From Vermiphilus pyriformis (GTDB lineage: Bacteria > Babelota > Babeliae > Babelales > Vermiphilaceae), in the NCBI GenBank assembly GCA_022559525.1, contig CP074345.1, positions 570,267 to 634,266 on the forward strand: DNA of 64,000 nt, written 5' to 3'. Numbering within the stretch: the first letter of the stretch is position 1; each line of letters begins with the position of its first letter. The notes beneath the pieces are model-generated. The model had not been told where the DNA came from. It was given only the letters and a program-made list of their open reading frames with translations, and did no database searches. Positions 48,934-58,568 of the stretch are shown here, in pieces. A program made the position numbers and the translations under genes.

Positions 48934-50328
48934 CTATCTTAGCAAATAATGAGAAAGAAAGTTTGCCCAAGGATTTTGTGCAAAAAGATTGTGATAAGAA
49001 CTGTGAACTCGTGAGTCAGGGCAGTAGATGGATATACCGCGAGCTTGCTTTAAACTATTACCTACTGCGTTAGCTATAATTGCGCGCTCAATGATATACT
49101 TTCCTTGTTCTAAAAGCTGGGTAAGTTGACTTACCAGCTGGGCTCCAGTGTGTGCTTCTCTAAAGTTAAACTTGCTTAAATTGGCAAGTAAATTGCTGTA
49201 TATAGTATATAAATCTTTATAATTGGGATTGGCAAAATGTATACAGTTTGTTTTGTGTATACTATTTCTGATTGCCTGTTTTACTGAGCTGGATAGCTGC
49301 TCTATAATTGATTGATGCAGCAAGTGTGCTACTTGATTAACATTATCTTCAAGGTTATGCATAAGGGATAAATCGATTGCAGATAAAGTATAATCATCGG
49401 TAATTGATTGATACGCTCGATTATATGATTCTACAATATGTTGAGCAAGTTGTTTAGGGGATATGTTTATGTGCGCCAGTGGCTCTAGAATGTAAGAATA
49501 ATTCCATCCTGTACCAGGTTCTAGCTCTTGAGATGACACCATATAATCAGCATAGTCTTTTGCAATACACGCTATTTCAAACATAGAGCTTAGACACGTA
49601 TCACAACCAAAAATAGCAAGTCGTTTTCCATTCAATCCATACTGAGTGATTGAAGACAAGGCGATTTTAAGCTCAGCATTGCTAATAAAATTACCTGTTC
49701 TATCATCCCAGCATAATGCTCTATGTGAAAGATCACGAATACTGAGCAAGTCAAAAAAAGGTATTGAACGATCAATTTCAAGTTTATTGGTAACTGGATT
49801 GAGTACAAACAATTGACTGGTATTGATAACTGGTCCTTGTCCTTTGCCTGGTTCTTCTACACCTGAGCCATGATTCCATAGAATAAGGCCGTAGTTTCGT
49901 GCAGGAAACTGCTGAGCAAGCGAATTATAATTATCAATAAGCGTTCTGTAGTCACCACTATCTTTAGGTTGCTCAGTAGTCTTTTGATTTATGCGTACTA
50001 ATTGATTCTTTTCAACAAAATACTGTCTACTTACTTTGGTACTATTGCGCAAACGAGTGTGAAGATCAACTACAATATTGCACAGGTCACTTGAGCCTAC
50101 CTCAACCATCTGAGCAAGGTTTTCATGCGCGAATCTTCGTAAATCATTGTCAGCAGCCATATACACAATAAAGGTCCATTCCTTTTCAGGCATATTTATT
50201 TCAGAAGGTCCTTGTACTACTGCTACATTTTTATGAAGGGAAGAATAGCTAGGACTTTTTGCAAATGCTAGGCACGGACAATTACAACAAAAATATAAAA
50301 GCGCTAAAAGTCCATATAATAAATTCAT
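48934..50328 (-). CDS. secreted clostripain-like cysteine peptidase (family C11)
   Basis: Signal peptide, WTFIVYMAADNDL, LILWNHGSG (catalytic His context) and AIFGCDTCL (catalytic Cys context). Confidence 0.7.
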   Translation of the reverse strand: MNLLYGLLALLYFCCNCPCLAFAKSPSYSSLHKNVAVVQGPSEINMPEKEWTFIVYMAADNDLRRFAHENLAQMVEVGSSDLCNIVVDLHTRLRNSTKVSRQYFVEKNQLVRINQKTTEQPKDSGDYRTLIDNYNSLAQQFPARNYGLILWNHGSGVEEPGKGQGPVINTSQLFVLNPVTNKLEIDRSIPFFDLLSIRDLSHRALCWDDRTGNFISNAELKIALSSITQYGLNGKRLAIFGCDTCLSSMFEIACIAKDYADYMVSSQELEPGTGWNYSYILEPLAHINISPKQLAQHIVESYNRAYQSITDDYTLSAIDLSLMHNLEDNVNQVAHLLHQSIIEQLSSSVKQAIRNSIHKTNCIHFANPNYKDLYTIYSNLLANLSKFNFREAHTGAQLVSQLTQLLEQGKYIIERAIIANAVGNSLKQARGISIYCPDSRVHSSYHNLFAQNPWANFLSHYLLR

Positions 50329-50411
50329 GTACCTCTCCCCTTGACCATTTAATTTTCAAATTATTCTATACAAATAGTAAAATTTATTTAAAAATTAATT
50401 CAAGTATTTCG

Positions 50412-51742
50412 TTATTTGGAACTAATAACCTGGGTTTTATGGGAATAAGAATGCCATAAGAGAATAAAGGTAATAAAAAAACTCAATTGGAAATTGGCAA
50501 AAGTGAGTGCAAGTGGATTAGTAACTGCAAAAAAACCTGTAATAAGTAGGAGCGTATGAAGAGCATGTGCAGGTTTATGGAACCAATTACTGATTTTCAT
50601 TATACATGCACTGTATAATGCCCTTTCAAAGGATATGCTTGGCCAGCTAAGACTATTGTATACACAGAGTAGTGCTACTATTAATAAGTCATTGTAACGT
50701 TTTGAGATAGGTAAAAATTTTAATAGGTTGCTAAGAATGAAAATGAAAACTGCAACATGAAGTCCAGAACGTGCTAAATAATGCAATATTCCCCATTTTT
50801 ACACATATTATCAAATTGAGACAATGCATTAGATTGAGAGGTGCCCCAGAAAAGAGGTTGCGCCACATTAAATGTTTCTTTTGAAAGTCTATTTTGGACA
50901 CCCTGTAAAATATAATTTTTAAAAAGAGATATAGTACGCGCAATACTAAAGTAGGGTCTGTACACAAGGTATATCATATTGCTTGAGACATATGCACAAC
51001 CGAGAATACCTTGCTTGATAAGAAATTTTTCAAATTGCATCTTGGGTATAGAACTAAATTTAAAGGATTTAATGGTAATGTGGTCGCCGGGAAGGTAATT
51101 GTTAGCACTATACATACAAATTTTGTAAGATGTTTTAATACTCAAATTTAGCGTAGGCGAATAGAGCCAGATACCTTCAATAGTAAAGTACGCCTGAGCA
51201 CGTGACGAATCAACCTTAACTTCTTTAATGATTCCATGCGCGCTCCACGCAAATTTTGTGTTGATCATATTGCGTGCATGATGCCACTGGTCAATTTGAT
51301 TGCAGTACTGGACAGAGCCATTTATGAACGCAATGATCGCTATTAGAATCATGATTATTTTGTAGTGAGAACGCAAGCATCCGATTATACAAAGTCCCAT
51401 TCCAACGTATATAATTGAATGTACATTAGAATCCATATATTCTATGGCAAGTACGTGGCATGCTACAAGAATCCAGATTGGATGAACGCAGGGAAATATT
51501 ATAATTTTTTTTACGGCTAAAACATTTTTTTGAATACATTTAAAAATCAGTTTGGTTAATTTCTCTATTTTTGATAGCATGGCAAATAAGTAGTAATGTG
51601 TGCGCGATAATATACAGATAAGGTGTGTTACATATGAAAACAGCTCAAATAACCACAATATGTTTAGCTCTGTGTATATCAGTTTATGCATGGATGGGTG
51701 CTGAAAGCAAACGCTCTCCCCTGAAACCTTCCGTGTATACAA
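50412..51742 (-). pseudogene. comEC: ComEC/Rec2-like membrane protein split by a frameshift, no metallo-beta-lactamase domain
   Basis: ORF 50774..51742 is a polytopic N-terminal part. ORF 50412..50786 carries the competence-domain-like ...YLARSGLHVAV motif. The ORFs overlap by 13 nt at an A-run. Confidence 0.6.
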
Positions 51743-54450
51743 AAAATGTAAATGGATCTATAAAACCCGCTGAAATTGGTAGTACAAAAAAATCTATGGA
51801 TACAAAAAAAACTTCTTCACCTGTATTTAAAAAAGTTCTTGATAATGGAATTACGGTTTTAGTCAAACCTGTAAGTACTATTCCCAAGGTTTCTGTTCAG
51901 ATGTTTTATAATGTAGGTTCTATTGACGAAGGTGAAGGAGAAAAAGGTATTGCTCACTTGATTGAGCATATGATCTTCAAGGGTACAAAAGATCTACTAT
52001 CAGAATCAGATATTAATGATACTGCGCACAGACTCTCTGCTGAAATCAATGCTTTTACATCCTATGATTATACGGGTTATCTTTTTAATATACCTGTAGA
52101 AAATTGGCCACAAGTTTTGCCTATAATAGCCGATACTATGGAAAACGTTGCATTCAAAGAAGAACATTTAAATTCTGAAATGAAGGCAGTCGTTCAAGAG
52201 CTTAAAATGTATCGAGATAATTATGACCGATCACTTCTTCATGAGCTTATGTACATTATATTTGCCGATGGCCATCCGTATGCTGACCCCGTAATTGGAT
52301 ATAAACATAATCTATGGAACATGCATAGTGCTGATTTGGTGAAATTTTATAAAAAGCATTATGTACCTAATAACTCAGTGCTTGTTGTTGTAGGCGATGT
52401 TAAACCTAACGAAGTATTCCAAGCCGCACAAGACTACTTAGGCCATATTCAATCTCAACCATATGAAAAAAAGCCTCATCAAGCATGGTTACAAGATATC
52501 GCGTCTCGTTCGGTTACTTTATATCGAGATCTCCAAAAACCTGTTGTTATGCTGACGGCTGTTTTGCCTGGTACTAAAGCAAAGCAAGAAGGAGTTTTAG
52601 AAACTTTGGCCTGGGCTTTAGGCAAAGGAAGAGCTTCTCGTCTTTACAGTCTTTTGGTGGATGAGCTTGGTCTCGTGACTGATGTTGACAGCGATGTTCT
52701 TCAATTATTTGAGCAAAGTGTTTTTATTATTAGTTTTCATCCTAAAAAACAAGAGAAAATCGATCTGATTATAAAGACTATTCACGAAGAGTTAAATCTT
52801 ATTGGAGAAAAAGGATTTACTATCGATGAAATTAATCGGGCGTTAAATCAGGCACGTGTGTCTTTATATTCTCAGCAAGAGGATTTAGAGCATCAAGCGT
52901 ACATGATTGGCAAACTCTATTTGGCGACACAAGACGAAAACTATTTGTATACCTATTTAAATGAACTTACACCTGAATCTGCCAGTGTACAAATTAAAAA
53001 GATTGTAAAAGACTACTTACGCTCTTCATTTATGTTTGAGGGAAAAGTTTTACCATTATCAGAAGCTGATAAAGATGCGTGGAAAAAAATACAAAGCGCA
53101 TCAGACCAAGAAGATGCACGTATTTTGGGTGCCCGTCAACGTACAGAGCCGGTAGAACCTGCTCGATATGCACTGACAGTACATCCAGGCCAGCCTAAAA
53201 AATTTGCGTTTCCTAAGGCAGAATCGGTCGATATGGATAATGGTATGAAGTTACTTTATTTTGACAATAAAAACACCCCTACTATTGATATTGTCATTGA
53301 CTTTAAAGCACGTCCATATTATGACTCATCGGAACTTCCTGGGCTTTATGAATTTGTAACTCATATGATGCTTGAGGGAACTAAAAAGTATTCAGCACAA
53401 GAGTTAGCGCGAGTGCTTGAAGAGAGAGGTATTAGCCTTTCTGTGTACCCAGGCGGTATTGCTATGAAGTTGCTTTCAAAGGATTTAGAGTTTGCGCTTG
53501 ATATTTTAAATCAAGTAGTTGCGTGCGCTCAGTTCCCTGCTGACCGAATGGGTAAAGTTCGCGATGAAATGTCTGCTAATATTAAAGCATTCTGGGATAA
53601 TCCACGTCGTATTGCAATGCAAATTGCGCGCGAGCAGGTATATAAGGATCATCCGTATGCTAAAAATATGATAGGGACTCAGCAATCCATTAAAAAAATT
53701 ACTCGTAATGATTTAGTAAATTTTTATAAGAAATATATAACTCCGCAAGGTGCTTCTATTGCGATAGTAGGAGATACGCAAGGGTATGATATAGCTGCTG
53801 TTGTTAAAAAACATTTAAGTTCTTGGCAAGGGCCTCAGGTCGAGTCTATAAAATTCCCTACAATTAATTTTTCTCCTGATAAGGCTTCTATAGATTATCC
53901 TATGAATAGAGATCAAATTAGTTTAACATGGGCAGGTTTATCAGTATCAAGGCTGAATCCTGACTATGATAAACTAGTACTATTCGATCAAGTTTTTGGT
54001 GGTGGCGCTCTGGGCTCGATGTCCTCACGGCTATTTCAACTAAGAGAAAGAACAGGACTATTTTATGGAATATCGGGGTATACAACCTCTCAAGCTGCCG
54101 AAGATCCTGGGATGATAGTGATTAGTACTATGGTTTCAGCAGATCGCATGGATGAAGCTGAAAAAGCTATTATATCTACTATTTCTACAGTCACTGACAC
54201 CATTGACGAAGAAGATATTGATCAAGCTCGCCAAGCAATTGCCTCTTCAATGTTGAATAATTTTGAATCAAATGGAGCAATTGCTCGGGCGTTTTTATTC
54301 CTTAATCGATATAATTTACCTGCAAGTTACTTTGATAATCGCGCTGCACAACTTGCCAAGATTGATATGCAAGACATTATCAAAACAGCAGCTAAATATT
54401 TAAACAAGAATAATCTTGCACTGGTAAGAGTTGGCCGTATAGAAAAATAA
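51634..54450 (+). CDS. secreted two-unit M16 (pitrilysin family) zinc peptidase
   Basis: HLIEHMIFKGT (HxxEH) in the first half, and a second inactive M16 repeat in the second half. A signal-like N-terminus follows the ATG at 51634 (track start 51625). Confidence 0.9.
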   Translation: MKTAQITTICLALCISVYAWMGAESKRSPLKPSVYTKNVNGSIKPAEIGSTKKSMDTKKTSSPVFKKVLDNGITVLVKPVSTIPKVSVQMFYNVGSIDEGEGEKGIAHLIEHMIFKGTKDLLSESDINDTAHRLSAEINAFTSYDYTGYLFNIPVENWPQVLPIIADTMENVAFKEEHLNSEMKAVVQELKMYRDNYDRSLLHELMYIIFADGHPYADPVIGYKHNLWNMHSADLVKFYKKHYVPNNSVLVVVGDVKPNEVFQAAQDYLGHIQSQPYEKKPHQAWLQDIASRSVTLYRDLQKPVVMLTAVLPGTKAKQEGVLETLAWALGKGRASRLYSLLVDELGLVTDVDSDVLQLFEQSVFIISFHPKKQEKIDLIIKTIHEELNLIGEKGFTIDEINRALNQARVSLYSQQEDLEHQAYMIGKLYLATQDENYLYTYLNELTPESASVQIKKIVKDYLRSSFMFEGKVLPLSEADKDAWKKIQSASDQEDARILGARQRTEPVEPARYALTVHPGQPKKFAFPKAESVDMDNGMKLLYFDNKNTPTIDIVIDFKARPYYDSSELPGLYEFVTHMMLEGTKKYSAQELARVLEERGISLSVYPGGIAMKLLSKDLEFALDILNQVVACAQFPADRMGKVRDEMSANIKAFWDNPRRIAMQIAREQVYKDHPYAKNMIGTQQSIKKITRNDLVNFYKKYITPQGASIAIVGDTQGYDIAAVVKKHLSSWQGPQVESIKFPTINFSPDKASIDYPMNRDQISLTWAGLSVSRLNPDYDKLVLFDQVFGGGALGSMSSRLFQLRERTGLFYGISGYTTSQAAEDPGMIVISTMVSADRMDEAEKAIISTISTVTDTIDEEDIDQARQAIASSMLNNFESNGAIARAFLFLNRYNLPASYFDNRAAQLAKIDMQDIIKTAAKYLNKNNLALVRVGRIEK

Positions 54451-54461
54451 AAGTACTTATG

Positions 54462-54482
54462 AGGATAGGTAAAACCTATCCT
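54462..54482. terminator. stem-loop between convergent genes
   Basis: AGGATAGGT, loop AAA, ACCTATCCT (9-bp stem). Confidence 0.45.
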
Positions 54483-54492
54483 TCTCGTAATG

Positions 54493-54951
54493 CTATTGTT
54501 CTTCAATAAGTTTCAATGGTTCAGTAGGTAAATCGCCTGCGCGAACAATCCAACGAGTACTTTTACAAGGTACCTTCAAGTATACTTTAGTTACACGATG
54601 AGAATTATTAAGCGGCAGAACTATAAGCCCTTTGTCGCGTATTTGTATATCCCAGTTATGATTAGCGCACTGAGGATAAATAAGAAGAGACGTTTTGGCA
54701 GGAAAGGCTTTATCTCTACTTTCAATTTCAAGCTTTTGAGCGCATGTTTTACGTTTGGCGATAATTTTATCTGCAGCCTTAATTATTTCTCTTTTTCCTG
54801 CTTTAATTTCCTTGGTTAAGGGTGGGGCATAGGTTCTTTGAATAGTAGCTTTAATTGCAAAGTTAGTACTATTTTTAATTGTGTACGTATATGCAAAACT
54901 TAGGGGTGTTAATAAAATGCCTATTATATTAAGCATGATAAATAATTTCAT
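54493..54951 (-). CDS. small secreted protein
   Basis: 152-aa ORF with the signal peptide MKLFIMLNIIGILLTPLSFA. Confidence 0.5.
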   Translation of the reverse strand: MKLFIMLNIIGILLTPLSFAYTYTIKNSTNFAIKATIQRTYAPPLTKEIKAGKREIIKAADKIIAKRKTCAQKLEIESRDKAFPAKTSLLIYPQCANHNWDIQIRDKGLIVLPLNNSHRVTKVYLKVPCKSTRWIVRAGDLPTEPLKLIEEQ

Positions 54952-55087
54952 AGATTTTCCTTATAGCTGTTGATATTTTTACTGTAAATAAGATAGCTGA
55001 CAATTCGCAATAATTAGATACATGTTGAAAGCGATTGCAAAAAAGTGTTATACACGATAGTAGTCACCAATTGGCACTGCAAAGAAA

Positions 55088-55363
55088 GTGATAGATATGA
55101 CAAAACTAATGTTACTGTCCTTTTTAATAAGTTGTGCGTATATACAAAATATTGTATATTGCGCATCATCTGAGCCAAATGAGCATCATACTATCGTTAA
55201 CGAAACTGATCAGTCGGTGGAGGTAAAAATAGATTTAGTGGGCTACTTTCCTCTTCAAAAAATTATTGGCGCTCGACAGAAATATACTTTTGAGACACAT
55301 GGCTACTGTGCACATTCCATCGAAGTGCATCCGGTTGAAATGACTGCATCAGCAGAAGAGTAA
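55088..55363 (+). CDS. small secreted protein
   Basis: 91-aa ORF with a signal-like N-terminus. It is transcribed divergently from 54493..54951. Confidence 0.45.
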   Translation: MIDMTKLMLLSFLISCAYIQNIVYCASSEPNEHHTIVNETDQSVEVKIDLVGYFPLQKIIGARQKYTFETHGYCAHSIEVHPVEMTASAEE

Positions 55364-55373
55364 AATTGAATTT

Positions 55374-56139
55374 TTACTGATGGGGTTTACGGGGAATAAA
55401 TATACTTGTAGTACGTTGATATATTTTATATTCATGATTGTTTATCATTTGCTCTTCAGTAAGTTTAATAGTAGCGCCAAAAAATATAGCAAGGATACAT
55501 ACTGGGCTTATTAATGCGATCCATCCATAGGGACTTGCAAGTGCTACAACGAATAAACCTATCCACATTAATGTCTCTCCAAAATAATTGGGGTGTCGTG
55601 AGTATTTCCACAGACCTGTAGTTAAAACAGAATTTTCAGCATGAGGTCTATGATTAAATTGGTACAACTGAATATCTGCAATAGTTTCAAATAAAAATCC
55701 GACGAGCCAGATAAAGATTCCCAGAAAATCTGAAAATTGTAGTGGTATTTGATAATTACAATTGATAATAATAGTGCTCGTGCTTATTAAAAGAATAAAA
55801 TCCTTGAAGCATGAACACTTTTAAAAAACCCATTAACCGCTGTTGATTGCCCCATGATTTTCGCCATTGACGATATCGAGCATCTTCTGTGTGCCCTTTT
55901 TTTCGATATGCGATATATATTGATAGTCGCAATGCCCATATAGTCGTTAGAATTACTGCTACCCATTTGCGTGCTGTAATAGAGTTACAGTAATATAAAG
56001 AGTACCAAGCAACAATCACAAACCCTATTCCCCATGCAATATCGGCAATACTATTATCCTTTTTTATTTGCGCAATAATAAACATGGCTGACATAAAACA
56101 GACAATAATCCCTATCAAATGTATACTAAGAGTAAGCAT
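55374..56139 (-). pseudogene. DUF1295 / steroid 5-alpha-reductase-like membrane protein with one frameshift
   Basis: The N-terminal ORF 55756..56139 contains WALRLSIYIAYRKKGHTEDARYRQWRKSWG. The frame of ORF 55374..55667 contains GLWKYSRHPNYFGE and stays open upstream to about 55800 (GIFIWLVGFLFETIADIQL). The two frames meet at T-runs. Confidence 0.75.
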
Positions 56140-56162
56140 ACTTTTATACCTTACGTGATTAT

Positions 56163-57023
56163 ATGAAACAAATTTATACTAATACTAGTACACCTACCCC
56201 TATTTTACCAAGACCTTTAGAGTTAGAACTATTCTGTATACAAATATGGAATTTTTATAGAAATTCTGGCAGAAATTTTGTGTGGCGTAATGTTGAAGAT
56301 CCCTACAAGGTGGTGGTTTCGGAGATTATGCTCCAGCAAACTCAGACTGCACGAGTAGCTCAAAAATATCCTCAATTTATTGAAATATTTCCTTCATTTC
56401 AATCTTTGGCGGCAGCAAGTTTTCTGGATGTCCTGTCAGCATGGCAAGGGTTAGGATATAATCGGCGTGCTAAATTTTTGCATCAGCTTGCAGTGCGTGT
56501 GGTTACTGTACACCACGGAAAGCTGCCACATTTACCCGAAGAACTTGTTAAATTGCCAGGCATAGGACCTAATACTGCCGGTTCTGTGGCTGCGTTTGCA
56601 TATAACGTACCAACAGTATTTATTGAAACTAATATTCGTTCCGTGTTCATACATCATTTCTTTAAAGCTGATGAATATATTCATGACAGGCATATTTTGC
56701 CATTAGTTGCAGCAACCGTCGACAGGTTAGATGCTCGTAACTGGTATTACGCACTCATGGATTATGGAGTTATGCTCAAGCAGCTCCACGGCAATCCGAG
56801 CCGCAAAAGTGCGCATCATGTAGTGCAGTCAAAATTTGAAGGTTCAGATCGGCAAATTAGAGCACAAATTATACGGGAACTTATTGCGCATCCGGGCCTT
56901 GATTTTCAAAGTTTACAACACGTTACCCAGGCTACAGAAGAACGACTCCGCCGTATTATTGCAAGCATGGAAAAAGATGCAATGATTTTTTCACATGACC
57001 AACGGTGGAGCATTGCAGAGTAA
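56163..57023 (+). CDS. HhH-GPD base-excision glycosylase, MutY/Nth-like, without Fe-S cluster cysteines
   Basis: PYKVVVSEIMLQQTQTARV, WQGLGYNRRAKFL and LPGIGPNTAGSVAAFAY match the family. The C-terminal part has no Cys-x6-Cys-x2-Cys-x5-Cys cluster. Confidence 0.8.
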   Translation: MKQIYTNTSTPTPILPRPLELELFCIQIWNFYRNSGRNFVWRNVEDPYKVVVSEIMLQQTQTARVAQKYPQFIEIFPSFQSLAAASFLDVLSAWQGLGYNRRAKFLHQLAVRVVTVHHGKLPHLPEELVKLPGIGPNTAGSVAAFAYNVPTVFIETNIRSVFIHHFFKADEYIHDRHILPLVAATVDRLDARNWYYALMDYGVMLKQLHGNPSRKSAHHVVQSKFEGSDRQIRAQIIRELIAHPGLDFQSLQHVTQATEERLRRIIASMEKDAMIFSHDQRWSIAE

Positions 57024-57096
57024 TGATATCCGATTAATACAACAAATATATGTATGTTCTACCGTTATTTATTTTCAAAATAAATAATGTACGTAC

Positions 57097-58482
57097 TTAT
57101 TTTAAGATGTGCTTAAATAGATTTTTAGTAATTGCAGCTTGCGTGCTGTGATTAACCATAGGTTTTGGATATCCGAGTAATGGATATCTTGTATGTAATT
57201 TGTCCCAATTATGAATAACTTTAGACGGTACTTTTTCTAGTTCAGGTATCCATGTCTTTATATATACGCACTCTGGGTCGAATTTTTTTTGCTGAAGCCA
57301 TGGATTGAATACTCTAAAATACGGCGATGCATTGCATCCAGTCGATGCCACCCATTGCCAATTGCCATTATTAACGCACGGATCATAATCTACTAGTTTT
57401 TGTGCAAAATACTTTTCTCCCCATTGCCAGTTGATATGTAAATCTTTGGTTAAAAATGATGCGACAATAAGTCGGCATCGATTATGCATATAACCTGTTA
57501 TGTTAATTTGCCGTAGAGCGGCGTCCACAATAGGGAAACCAGTCAACCCCTCTGTCCATATTTTAAAGTCATTTTCGTTTGTGTTCCAATGCAATGCGTT
57601 ATACTTTTCAACAAAAGCATTACCAAATACGTAAGGACTATAATATGCAACGTACGTATAAAAATCTCTCCAATAGAGCTGACGCAAGATCGCTGCAGGT
57701 GACGGTACGTGCAAAGAAATAGCGGTATGGACCTGTCTTATTGATATGGTGCCGAATTTGTTGTGTGCTGAAAGATTTGAGGTAGGAATAGAGGGGATAT
57801 CATGTGTCTTGGGGTAGTTTTCAAGCAGATGTAATCGTTTTAATAATTTATGACCATTCCTACTGCCTCCGTGCACGTGTATCTGAGAGTTTTTGACAAA
57901 AGGTATTCGATCGAGTATCTCAAGACCTTGATCGTCAATAAGCTTTTTATTGCTTAAATTAGAAATAGTTTTATTTTCCGATAATGTCACGGGTATTTTT
58001 AATGAATGCTTATAGAATGCAGCAAAGACACGGTAAGGTTTTCCGGACGTGTTCATAATACTGTCAGGACTATTAATAAGTAGATCATGGAATTGATAAA
58101 AGGCTATACCCTTTTGTTCGCATATTTTTTTGATAATAAGATCTCTGCGTGCGCTATAGGGTGTATAATCATAATTGCACACCAGCGCATCAATAGAGGC
58201 ATATTCAATAAGTTTATTAAGGACCGTATCAATTGAGCCGTGAAGTATATTGAGATAACCGTGCTTTGATGCAATCTGGTCAGATAGATCTTTTATTGAT
58301 TCAAACATAAACTCAATACAATTATCGCTTTTATAGGTATTATCAGGCCCGATTTGTAGAGGATCTAATATAAAAGCAGTAATCACTTTTTCCGAATTTT
58401 TTAAAGCATGATTAAGTCCAATATTGTCCTCAAGGCGCAGATCACGGCGAAATATAAATAACGTAGTGCGATGTAGTTTCAT
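57097..58482 (-). CDS. phr: deoxyribodipyrimidine photolyase / cryptochrome family protein
   Basis: FRRDLRLEDN, WRDFY, TGFPIVDAALRQINITGYMHNRCRLIVASFL and GNWQW. Confidence 0.92.
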   Translation of the reverse strand: MKLHRTTLFIFRRDLRLEDNIGLNHALKNSEKVITAFILDPLQIGPDNTYKSDNCIEFMFESIKDLSDQIASKHGYLNILHGSIDTVLNKLIEYASIDALVCNYDYTPYSARRDLIIKKICEQKGIAFYQFHDLLINSPDSIMNTSGKPYRVFAAFYKHSLKIPVTLSENKTISNLSNKKLIDDQGLEILDRIPFVKNSQIHVHGGSRNGHKLLKRLHLLENYPKTHDIPSIPTSNLSAHNKFGTISIRQVHTAISLHVPSPAAILRQLYWRDFYTYVAYYSPYVFGNAFVEKYNALHWNTNENDFKIWTEGLTGFPIVDAALRQINITGYMHNRCRLIVASFLTKDLHINWQWGEKYFAQKLVDYDPCVNNGNWQWVASTGCNASPYFRVFNPWLQQKKFDPECVYIKTWIPELEKVPSKVIHNWDKLHTRYPLLGYPKPMVNHSTQAAITKNLFKHILK

Positions 58483-58568
58483 AATGTATCCGGGCTAACA
58501 CTCAAATTATATTGTATTAATCATACCCGGCTTATGTTCAAAGTTAAATATAAGTGTGATACATAGCA

